Both the position numbers and the translations under genes were made by a program. The notes under the pieces are model-generated. The model made no database searches. It worked only from the letters and a program-made list of their open reading frames with translations, and had not been told where the DNA came from. From positions 227,166 through 291,165 of the forward strand of contig JBAZJZ010000001.1 of assembly GCA_041650995.1 (NCBI GenBank): 64,000 nt of DNA. The letters are read 5' to 3'. Below are positions 30,047-37,979 of this stretch, in pieces (position 1 is the first letter of the stretch; every line of letters starts with the position of its first letter). Source of the stretch: Patescibacteria group bacterium (lineage in GTDB: Bacteria; Patescibacteriota; Patescibacteriia; XYB2-FULL-38-15).

Positions 30047-30916
30047 ATGGGGAGGATAAAAGATTATCATAAAAAGAGTTACCGGAACCCTTTTTTTGGT
30101 GGGGCCAAAAGGGGAGGCGGTTTCCGCAAGCACTTTGGCCGGCGGCGTAGCTGGCGCACAAAGCTGTTTGCATTTTTATTTTTTATTTTATTTTTTGGTT
30201 TAGTCTATTTTATTTTTTTCTCGCCGTATTTTAGCATAAAAGAAGTTGAAATATTTGGTTTGGAAAAAATTAATTATGATGAGGCGCGTGCAGTAGTTGA
30301 TAACCAGGTTCAAGGCCGGAGATTTTTTATTTTTAGTCAAGATAATATTTTTATTTTTGACGAAAAATTACTTCAGGAAACGTTAGATGATAAATATTCG
30401 CTCAAATTTTTAAAAGTGGATAAAAGTTTACCTGGAATTATCAAGATATCCTTCGAAGAAAAAAAACCAGCTATGATTTGGAAAACGGCGGAGAAATTTT
30501 ATTTAGTTGATTGGGACGGCGCAATAATTCGCGAAATTACGGATCCGGAGGTATCAGAGTACCTGGGAAATCAGGGAGGGGCAAAAATGGCGCGAGTTTT
30601 TGATGGCAGCAATGATTCAGTGGCAACTAAAAGTAAAATTTTAACAGCCGGGGTAGTTCATACTATAACTGACCTACAAAACAATTTGCCGCGCGCCACA
30701 GGGCTTAATATTGTAAATTTTGTAATGGATAATCACAATGAGTCTACAATAAAAATTTTAACTGGCGAGGGTTGGGTATCCTACTTTTCGCTTAAAAACG
30801 ATTTAAACGCGCAGATTTTAAAACTTAATGCATTTATGGGAGAAAGGAATGTAGAAGAAAGAAAAAGATTAGAATATGTTGATTTAAGGTTTGAAGATAG
30901 GGTTTATTTCAAGTAG
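30047..30916 (+). CDS. ftsQ: FtsQ/DivIB-like cell-division protein with a POTRA domain
   Basis: A basic cytoplasmic N-terminus is followed by one TM and a POTRA-like YFSIKEVEIFG motif. Confidence 0.55.
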   Translation: MGRIKDYHKKSYRNPFFGGAKRGGGFRKHFGRRRSWRTKLFAFLFFILFFGLVYFIFFSPYFSIKEVEIFGLEKINYDEARAVVDNQVQGRRFFIFSQDNIFIFDEKLLQETLDDKYSLKFLKVDKSLPGIIKISFEEKKPAMIWKTAEKFYLVDWDGAIIREITDPEVSEYLGNQGGAKMARVFDGSNDSVATKSKILTAGVVHTITDLQNNLPRATGLNIVNFVMDNHNESTIKILTGEGWVSYFSLKNDLNAQILKLNAFMGERNVEERKRLEYVDLRFEDRVYFK

Positions 30917-31036
30917 TAGCTACAAGATATTCTCGGATAAAGCTATCACAGCGTCGTATAAGGTGCATTGTGCGACGCATACCATATTATAAACTACCAC
31001 CTCCCTGTCAATTAAAGATCAGTTTTACGACAACAA

Positions 31037-31068
31037 AAAACCACGCCCAATTGGCGTGGTTTTAAAAT
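31037..31068. terminator. bidirectional terminator CCACGCC..GGCGTGG
   Basis: AAAAAACCACGCCCAATTGGCGTGGTTTT. Confidence 0.5.
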
Positions 31069-31079
31069 ATTTATTTTTT

Positions 31080-32336
31080 TTACGGAAGATAATCTAGCGG
31101 ATTAACCGGAATGCCGTCAAGACGCGTTTCAAAATGTAAATGTGGTCCCGTGGTAAAAGGTCCAGCTCCCGGCGTGCCAGGCATACCGCCGGAAAGGCCA
31201 ATAACCTGCCCCCTGATCACATATGTGTCTTCCTGAACACTAATTTTTGAAACATGTCCGTAAACAGTAGAAATTCCGTTAGCGTGGATTAACATAATAT
31301 AACTATATCCCTTTTGTCCCCCATTTTTGACCTTGCCAACGTAACCTGGGGCAGCAGCCTTAATTTGCGTGCCCTGATAAGCACGAATATCAATTCCGGA
31401 ATGTTCAAAAATATATCGATAAGGATAATCTGAATCGTGAAAGGTCGCAGTGATTCCCCTACTCGGATCAACTGGCCAGGAAAGAATAACTGAGCCGGAT
31501 TGTCCATTAGAAAAAGATTTATCGCTTTCTTCCAATCGTTGCCGGATTGATTTTTCGAGTGAAGTAATTTCTGAGTTTATTTGTTCTTCTTCGTATTTTG
31601 ATTGTAATAGCCAATTTTGAAACTGTTTTTCGGAAGCGGCTGTTCTATCAAGCAATACCTCCTTATTCATTATTTGTTCTTCAAGCGAACTTTGCATCTT
31701 TACCATTTCATTTTTTGAATTTTCTGCCTCATTTTTTTTATTCTCCAATTGTTTCTTTTGCTCTTCCAATGATGTCTTTAATTCCTGAATTTGATTTAAG
31801 GATTTTTGCAAATCAGCCTGCAGATTTTCAACATATTTCATCTGATTAAAGACTTCGGAAAAATATTGGTTGGTCGCGAGTACTTCAAGATAACCTTTTT
31901 GGTCATTCTTGTAAATCAATCGCAGGAATTCGGATATCCTATCTTTATTTAAGGTAATTTGATTTTCTTTTTCCTGAATTTGCGTTTCTAGATTTCTTAT
32001 TTCCAAAGTTATTGTTTCTATCTTTTTTTCCGTAGCTTCAATGTCTATTTTAATTTTAGCTATTTTATTAGATAGAATAGCGAGTTCAGTTGAAAGACTA
32101 ACGGATTTACGTTGGGCTTCTTCAATTTGTCTTTTATAGCTTTCTGATTTTTTTTGTAAAGCTTCAATCTCCTTCTTTTTTGCGTCTATTTCTCTATCTA
32201 AGTTAGAAATTTCTTGTACAAGTCCATTGGCAGGGGTGTTTTCGGCTTTTGCAGTATGAATTAAAGAAAAATTAAAAGGAACAATCAAACAGATTGCCGT
32301 TATAATAATCACTATTTTCCCGATTTTTTGTACCAT
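31080..32336 (-). CDS. M23-family peptidoglycan endopeptidase (EnvC/LytM-like) with an N-terminal coiled coil
   Basis: HSGIDI...HANG...GPHLHFE zinc site. Confidence 0.8.
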   Translation of the reverse strand: MVQKIGKIVIIITAICLIVPFNFSLIHTAKAENTPANGLVQEISNLDREIDAKKKEIEALQKKSESYKRQIEEAQRKSVSLSTELAILSNKIAKIKIDIEATEKKIETITLEIRNLETQIQEKENQITLNKDRISEFLRLIYKNDQKGYLEVLATNQYFSEVFNQMKYVENLQADLQKSLNQIQELKTSLEEQKKQLENKKNEAENSKNEMVKMQSSLEEQIMNKEVLLDRTAASEKQFQNWLLQSKYEEEQINSEITSLEKSIRQRLEESDKSFSNGQSGSVILSWPVDPSRGITATFHDSDYPYRYIFEHSGIDIRAYQGTQIKAAAPGYVGKVKNGGQKGYSYIMLIHANGISTVYGHVSKISVQEDTYVIRGQVIGLSGGMPGTPGAGPFTTGPHLHFETRLDGIPVNPLDYLP

Positions 32337-32358
32337 AATTTAATTATAGCACATTTTT

Positions 32359-33876
32359 TTAGGTCAGTAAATTTTTCGCTGCGGCGATTCTTTGCAAAGT
32401 TTTTTCTTTTCCCAAAATTTCAGCTACTTCAAAGGGCGGTGGAGAAGCTTTTAATCCGGTTAGAGCTACGCGAAGAGGCCACAGGGTCTCCCCCATTCCA
32501 AGATTTTTTTCGACAATTACTTTTTTGATATTTTCTTCCAAAAAACTTTTTATAAAATTTTCCGAGGAAGTTTTTTCTAGAAATTTTTCAATTTCGGATA
32601 AATGTTCCGCAACTTCTGCTGCCGTCATTTTTTTCCAAAATAAAAGCTCCTTGTCAAAAGCAAGATCTTTTTTAAAGAAAAAGGAGACGAGTCCCGGGAG
32701 ATCACTTAATCTAACAAGTCTTTCCTGTTCCAGGGCAAGTATTTTTTTCAATTGATCAAAAATCAATGGCTCGCCGGTATTCGCGACCTTCCACTCCGTA
32801 TCCCCCACTTTATTAATTAAATTTGCGTTTTCAAGATACGGAATACATTTTTCCGTTAATTCAGATAAATCCATTTTACGGATATAGTTGGCATTCAGCC
32901 AATTCAGTTTTTCAATATTAAAAATTGCCGCGGCTTTATTCATGTTGGATATAGAAAAATTTTTTGCTAATTCTTCTTTAGTAAAAAATTCTTGGTCGGT
33001 TTTGGGATTCCAGCCCAAAAAGGCCATAAAATTAATTAGAGCTTCCGGAAGGTAGCCCATAGCGCGATAATCTGCAATAGCCGTGGCGCCGTGGCGCTTG
33101 GATAATTTTGTCCGATCCGGTGCAAGAGTGAGTGGGATATGGGCATAGCCTAGTTTTTTGAAACCTAGGGCTTCAATTATGGCGATTTGTTTTGGCGTGT
33201 TGGAAATATGATCTTCGCCGCGGATAACATGGCTGATGTTCATTGTGTGGTCGTCAACGACTACCGCAAAATTGTAAAGTGGAGTTTCTAAATTTTTTGC
33301 GATTGTGATGTCGCCGATTAATTTTGTATCAAACTCCAGAACACCTTTTATTAAATCATTAAAAATAATTTTTTTAGACGGCATTCTAAATCGGATAATT
33401 GGTTTTCGACCTTCGTCAAGAAATTTTTTTATTTCCACTTCGCTCAAATTTGCGCAGCGTCCAGAATAAACCGGTGGCTCTCCCCTCTTTGTCATCGCCT
33501 CGCGCTCAGTTTCCAATTCCTCTTCGGTACAAAAACAATAATAAGCCTTATTTTCATTTAATAATTGCTGTAAATATTTTTTATAAGTTTCCAGGCGTTC
33601 ACTTTGCCGATATGGTCCAAAGTCTCCGTCGACGTCCGGCCCTTCATCATAATCAATTCCGAGCCAATGCAGACTTTCAATAATTTCTTTGGTAAATTTT
33701 TCATCAGATCGTTCTAAATCAGTATCTTCAATGCGTAAAACAAATTTTCCGCCCTGGTTTTTGGCGAACAAATAGTTAAAAAGCGCGGTTCTCGCTGTGC
33801 CAATATGTAAATATCCCGTCGGTGACGGGGCGATACGAACTCTAATTTCTTCTTTTTTAGGCATATTTTTTACCAT
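32359..33876 (-). CDS. gltX: glutamyl-tRNA synthetase
   Basis: HIGH-type motif HIGTART and KLSKR (KMSKS). Confidence 0.9.
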   Translation of the reverse strand: MVKNMPKKEEIRVRIAPSPTGYLHIGTARTALFNYLFAKNQGGKFVLRIEDTDLERSDEKFTKEIIESLHWLGIDYDEGPDVDGDFGPYRQSERLETYKKYLQQLLNENKAYYCFCTEEELETEREAMTKRGEPPVYSGRCANLSEVEIKKFLDEGRKPIIRFRMPSKKIIFNDLIKGVLEFDTKLIGDITIAKNLETPLYNFAVVVDDHTMNISHVIRGEDHISNTPKQIAIIEALGFKKLGYAHIPLTLAPDRTKLSKRHGATAIADYRAMGYLPEALINFMAFLGWNPKTDQEFFTKEELAKNFSISNMNKAAAIFNIEKLNWLNANYIRKMDLSELTEKCIPYLENANLINKVGDTEWKVANTGEPLIFDQLKKILALEQERLVRLSDLPGLVSFFFKKDLAFDKELLFWKKMTAAEVAEHLSEIEKFLEKTSSENFIKSFLEENIKKVIVEKNLGMGETLWPLRVALTGLKASPPPFEVAEILGKEKTLQRIAAAKNLLT

Positions 33877-34594
33877 TTTTAATTACTTTCCAGCTGAATT
33901 TTATCGTTGCGGTTAAAATTCTTTTCCAGCGCCAGGGCTGCATAAAAAGTCGCCAGAGCCATTCTAATCCAATTTTTCTCATCCATTTCGGCGCGCGTTT
34001 TATTTTGCCGGCAATAAAATCAAATGCTCCTCCGACGCCCATCGCGATTTTTATTGAGGAAATATTTTCTAAATTTTTTGCAATCCACTTTTCCTGCTTT
34101 CCCGCACCAAACGCCACAAATAAGATGTCGGGTTTTGCAAAATTTATTACTTGATTGTTTACGGTTAATTTTTGATCAGTAATTATGCCGCCGCTTTCCG
34201 CTCCAGCCATCCGCAACCCGGGAAATTTTTCCTTTAGTTTTTCCGCAGCTCTCTTGGCAATCCCCTCTCCTCCACCCAAAAGATAGATTGAATAATTTTT
34301 TTGTTCAGCAAGGCGGCAAAGATCTACCATTAGATCAACACCGTGAATTTTTTCCGGGAGTGGTCGCTTTAAATATCGTGAGGCAAAAATCAATCCCACA
34401 CCGTCCGGCACGGCTAAATCTGCGCGGTTTATAATTCCTAGAAATTCTTTGTCACTTTGTGCGGCCACCACTATTTCCGGATTGGGTGTGACAATATAAT
34501 GTTGCCGGTCGTCGGATAAAAACTTTTCTACTTTATCGAGAACATCAGCTTTATTCAAATTATCTATTTGAACTCCTAAAATGTTTACTTTCAC
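33857..34594 (-). CDS. WecB/TagA/CpsF-family glycosyltransferase
   Basis: Family N-terminus VNILGVQIDNL...YIVTPNPE. Confidence 0.75.
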   Translation of the reverse strand: MKVNILGVQIDNLNKADVLDKVEKFLSDDRQHYIVTPNPEIVVAAQSDKEFLGIINRADLAVPDGVGLIFASRYLKRPLPEKIHGVDLMVDLCRLAEQKNYSIYLLGGGEGIAKRAAEKLKEKFPGLRMAGAESGGIITDQKLTVNNQVINFAKPDILFVAFGAGKQEKWIAKNLENISSIKIAMGVGGAFDFIAGKIKRAPKWMRKIGLEWLWRLFMQPWRWKRILTATIKFSWKVIKNGKKYA

Positions 34595-34598
34595 AAAT

Positions 34599-35228
34599 TT
34601 ATTTCAAGGGAAAAGATTTAAGAACAGAGTAAACCGACCCGTCAGAAGTAAGTTCACTTTCCATAAGTTCAACACTTTTTACAGGAAAAGTCATGGACGG
34701 AATTTTTACGCTGGCGATTTTACATCTGGACCAGTCCTTAATTCTGCCCAGAGTTAGATGTCCCTGCCACGGACGCGTATCAACTTTATGGCCAAGATTT
34801 TCGAGCATTACTTCAAGTTTACCAATCAAATCATGGAGAGTTTCCGTATCTTCTACCGCAGTAAAAAACACCCGTGGTTCTCGTTCATTCGGAAAACAAC
34901 CAGAAGTTCCAATATTTAATTTAAAAGATTCAATACGTTTAGTTATTTCTTCAATCCCCTCTTCCACCAGAGCAATTTGCTTTTCGCTTAGATCACCGAA
35001 GAAATGCAATGTTAGATGAAGATTTTCTGGTTCAACCCACTTTATCCCGTAATCAGGATTTAATTTTTTCAATTCTTCAATAATAGGGTCGAATTTTTTC
35101 TTTATGTCGTCTGGCAGATTTATGGCGATAAAAGTGCGTTTAGTCATAAATTTTCCGAAATTATTAGTGTTAAAATTATAGCATTTTTTTGTTTTTAAGG
35201 CAAACTTTATGCGTTGACTAAAATTCAA
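34599..35228 (-). CDS. thpR: RNA 2',3'-cyclic phosphodiesterase (2H family, ThpR/LigT). The real start is probably the internal MTKRTFIAI, about 35147.
   Basis: Two HxT motifs, HLTLHFFG and HLTLGR. Confidence 0.75.
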   Translation of the reverse strand: MNFSQRIKFALKTKKCYNFNTNNFGKFMTKRTFIAINLPDDIKKKFDPIIEELKKLNPDYGIKWVEPENLHLTLHFFGDLSEKQIALVEEGIEEITKRIESFKLNIGTSGCFPNEREPRVFFTAVEDTETLHDLIGKLEVMLENLGHKVDTRPWQGHLTLGRIKDWSRCKIASVKIPSMTFPVKSVELMESELTSDGSVYSVLKSFPLK

Positions 35229-35242
35229 TTTTTTGGTAAATT
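35214..35242 (+). promoter_or_regulatory. promoter TTGACT-17-TAAATT of the island D operon
   Basis: Same architecture as the cassette A1 promoter. Confidence 0.45.
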
Positions 35243-35292
35243 TTAGGCAGTGAGGCGGAAGCCGGGGTCTCCGGGTAGTTGGGATTTTCTCC

Positions 35293-35715
35293 GTGGCTCG
35301 GAGGAGAGAGGAGAGTAAAATAATGGCAGCGGGAAATTCTCGAGTAAGGTATGGTTCAGGTCATTCGACAAGAGAAATGCCCGTTCTTCCGGATTGCCGA
35401 CGGGGCCATGTCTGTATTTCTTCGTCTCGTGGAGCGGGCCATTGTGGCCACTGTGATACGGATTTCATCTGTCCTTCATGCAAACATAATGGCATGAAGA
35501 CCAAGGATTGCGAACCGCCTGCCTTCATCCTGCAGTGTCCCCGATGTCAACACGAAGAACGGATTCACTGGGTTGAGTTTGACATCCAGTGTCCCCGATG
35601 CGGATGTAAAAACGCTTCCGGGACATATTCGAGGTTGCTGGAACCGATCATTCAATGCCCGGACTGCGGACCGAGTAGGGGGGGTGTCGGTCGTGCAGAA
35701 AAGGAGGGGAAATGA
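35293..35715 (+). CDS. multi-zinc-ribbon protein with five CxxC-type pairs, GC-rich (D1). The start is probably the ATG at 35323, behind a GGAGGAGAGAGGAGAG RBS.
   Basis: CGHC..CPSC, CPRC..CPRCGC and CPDCG pairs. Confidence 0.55.
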   Translation: MARRREESKIMAAGNSRVRYGSGHSTREMPVLPDCRRGHVCISSSRGAGHCGHCDTDFICPSCKHNGMKTKDCEPPAFILQCPRCQHEERIHWVEFDIQCPRCGCKNASGTYSRLLEPIIQCPDCGPSRGGVGRAEKEGK

Positions 35716-35933
35716 GCAAACTGCCTGGAAGGCAAGAAGAGGGAAAAATTCCATCCTGGTTTTTGGACGGTCAAGGCCAGATTGGTTGCACGGCAATCGG
35801 AGGCAATCCTCCGTCGACTCTTCTGCACATACCCCCTGTTTTAGAGGGTGTGGATGTGGAACAAGCCTGGTGGCCAAAAAATGGGCTGGGAGGCGATTAT
35901 GAGTTGCTTCCCTGGCTGACGCGCCCAATTTGA
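35712..35933 (+). CDS. hypothetical 73 aa protein (D2)
   Basis: Overlaps the D1 stop in an ATGA. RBS AAGGAGGGG. Confidence 0.45.
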   Translation: MSKLPGRQEEGKIPSWFLDGQGQIGCTAIGGNPPSTLLHIPPVLEGVDVEQAWWPKNGLGGDYELLPWLTRPI

Positions 35934-35954
35934 ACAAAAGAAGGGGAAGACAAG

Positions 35955-36221
35955 GTGGCAAGAAAATCTGGACGTCGTAAGAACATCTTCAGTGGTCTTG
36001 GAATCTCTCCTGAACAAGAAGCTGCGCTCAGAAGAAGGGCGCCGCCGCTTTCGGAGAGACGGTGGCTCGAGATACAACTGCTCATTGCGCGGGATGCGTT
36101 GGCCGACAGTTTTCCCCTGGAACCGATTTTTGTCGTTCCGCCAATCGTGGGACGCGAAGAGCGCAAGCCGCGAAGATCGATTCTGATCGACAACTTCTCC
36201 GGAGTAGAAAGGCTTCGCTAG
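35955..36221 (+). CDS. hypothetical 88 aa protein (D3), GTG start
   Basis: RBS GAAGGGGAAG. Arg-rich. Confidence 0.4.
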   Translation: MARKSGRRKNIFSGLGISPEQEAALRRRAPPLSERRWLEIQLLIARDALADSFPLEPIFVVPPIVGREERKPRRSILIDNFSGVERLR

Positions 36222-36234
36222 GGAGAAGAACTAC

Positions 36235-36462
36235 GTGAGTGAAGACGCTAATTTAAAAGAGCGCGAAGAAGCTTTGCGCCAACGACTTGTTACCTGGGCA
36301 GCACTTACTCCGGAGGAACGTCTGGATGCGAGGGTAAAAAGACTTCGTTTGTGGAAGCGACTCGAGGAAGAAGCCACCGGTGTCTGCAGTCGCGAAGCTG
36401 GTCTGCCCGGTGACTGGGATATTCCTTGCCGACCCGACGTGGAGTTTAAGGAGGTGGATTAG
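36235..36462 (+). CDS. hypothetical 75 aa charged helical protein (D4), GTG start
   Basis: RBS GGGAGAAG. Sequence EERLDARVKRLRLWKRLEEEA. Confidence 0.4.
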   Translation: MSEDANLKEREEALRQRLVTWAALTPEERLDARVKRLRLWKRLEEEATGVCSREAGLPGDWDIPCRPDVEFKEVD

Positions 36463-36493
36463 CCGACGCGAAAGAGGAAGCGTCGGTTTTTTT
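36463..36493 (+). terminator. intrinsic terminator CCGACGCG..CGCGTCGG followed by TTTTTTT
   Basis: Same stem family as 4041 and 5019. Confidence 0.55.
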
Positions 36494-36521
36494 ATTATCT
36501 GATTTTTGCTATAATTAAAGT

Positions 36522-37547
36522 ATGAAAGAGGCTTTATTTTACAAAAAATTATCCAAAAATCGCGTCCAGTGCCAGGCGTGTAGTCATTACTGTAAAATCG
36601 CGCCAGGCAATCGCGGGATTTGTGGCGTTCGGGAAAATCAGGACGGCAAACTTTATTCTTTGGTTTACGGAAAAATTGTCGCCAAAAATGTTGATCCAAT
36701 TGAGAAAAAACCACTTTTTCATTTTTTACCGGGAACAAAAAGTTTATCGATTGCTACGGTCGGCTGCAATTTCAGATGTCTCTATTGTCAGAACGCAGAC
36801 ATTGCCCAGATGCCGAAAGAAAGCGTTTTATTCCGAGAAGGCAACGTCCCAGGAATTGATCTGACGCCAAAAAATATTGTGAACGAGGCATTATTGATCG
36901 GCGCGCCGAGTATAGCTTATACTTATACCGAACCGACGATTTTTATTGAGTTTGCTCTGGAAACAATGAAGCTGGCGCGCCAGAAAAATTTAAAAAATAT
37001 CTGGGTGACAAACGGTTACGCGAGCAAAGAAGTTTTAAAAGAAGTAATCCCCTATCTTGACGCGGCCAATATTGATATAAAAGGTTTTACTGAAGAATTT
37101 TATAATAAAATTTGCGGCGCGAAGTTGCAGCCGGTTTTGGAAGCCGCAAAAATGATGAAGCGCGGCGGTGTTTGGGTAGAAATTACAACGCTTGTTGTGC
37201 CCGAGCAAAATGATACGAAAGAACATTTTGAAAGTATCGCTAAATTTATTGCTAAAAATTTGGGAAAAGAAACTCCGTGGCATATCTCTAAATTTTTTCC
37301 AACTTACAAATTAAAAAACTTGCCACCCACTCCCCAATCATCTTTGATTGAAGCCAGAGAGTTTGGAAAAAAATTCGGTTTGCGCTATATTTATTTAGGT
37401 AATGTGCCGCTCGCGGAAGGCGAAACAACTATTTGCCCAAAGTGCGGCGTTAAAATGATTGAACGTTCTGGTTATGAAATTGTCCGCTACGACAAAGACG
37501 GTAAATGCGCGAATTGTGGTGAAAATTTAAATTTAATTTTAAAATAA
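36522..37547 (+). CDS. amrS: AmmeMemoRadiSam-system radical SAM enzyme
   Basis: An N-terminal CxxCxxxC cluster, the radical SAM motif CNFRCLYC, and a C-terminal CPKCG..CANCG ribbon. Confidence 0.7.
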   Translation: MKEALFYKKLSKNRVQCQACSHYCKIAPGNRGICGVRENQDGKLYSLVYGKIVAKNVDPIEKKPLFHFLPGTKSLSIATVGCNFRCLYCQNADIAQMPKESVLFREGNVPGIDLTPKNIVNEALLIGAPSIAYTYTEPTIFIEFALETMKLARQKNLKNIWVTNGYASKEVLKEVIPYLDAANIDIKGFTEEFYNKICGAKLQPVLEAAKMMKRGGVWVEITTLVVPEQNDTKEHFESIAKFIAKNLGKETPWHISKFFPTYKLKNLPPTPQSSLIEAREFGKKFGLRYIYLGNVPLAEGETTICPKCGVKMIERSGYEIVRYDKDGKCANCGENLNLILK

Positions 37548-37564
37548 TTTTTAACTTTAAAATT

Positions 37565-37831
37565 ATGGCCGAACAAATAAGCGGAATTGAACGGGTGCAA
37601 GAATTGCGTTCAAGATTAGAAATTTTTTGGAGGAACGTTTTAGGGGAATATTTTGAACAACACCATGAGTATCCCCCGTTTGTGGATCGGGGAAAAGTTG
37701 GTGAATTTATTCAATTGGTTAGTAATAGGGATTCTCAATTTAGACAAAGCGTGGAGCAATTTAGGCCGATTCAAAGTGAAGTAGAAAAAGTAGCCATGGA
37801 AGTATATCGCGATCTCATAAAAGCAAAGTAG
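37565..37831 (+). CDS. hypothetical protein, 88 aa
   Basis: ORF in native composition. Confidence 0.4.
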   Translation: MAEQISGIERVQELRSRLEIFWRNVLGEYFEQHHEYPPFVDRGKVGEFIQLVSNRDSQFRQSVEQFRPIQSEVEKVAMEVYRDLIKAK

Positions 37832-37889
37832 AAAAAATCGTCCACGTCGAACTAAAGTCCCGCTTATTTCTGTGGGATTTTAGTTATAG

Positions 37890-37917
37890 TTGACAAGATT
37901 TTTGGTTGAGTTAAAAT
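37890..37917 (+). promoter_or_regulatory. promoter TTGACA-16-TAAAAT for clpB
   Basis: Consensus hexamers. Confidence 0.45.
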
Positions 37918-37921
37918 ATAA

Positions 37922-37948
37922 TTAGCACTCTAAACTTAAGACTGCTAA
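37922..37948 (+). promoter_or_regulatory. CIRCE-like inverted repeat (HrcA operator) TTAGCACTC-N9-GACTGCTAA
   Basis: One mismatch to the consensus TTAGCACTC-N9-GAGTGCTAA. It overlaps the predicted TSS. Confidence 0.55.
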
Positions 37949-37979
37949 TTTTTAAACATTTAAATATTGATTATAAAAT

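Noticed and set aside
35476-36193. Antisense ORFs (161 aa and 98 aa, - strand) across island D
   Set aside because: The + strand has four consecutive ORFs, each with an AGGAGG-type RBS and coupling, plus a promoter and terminator in that orientation. The minus frames are P/R-rich and typical of GC-rich antisense frames.
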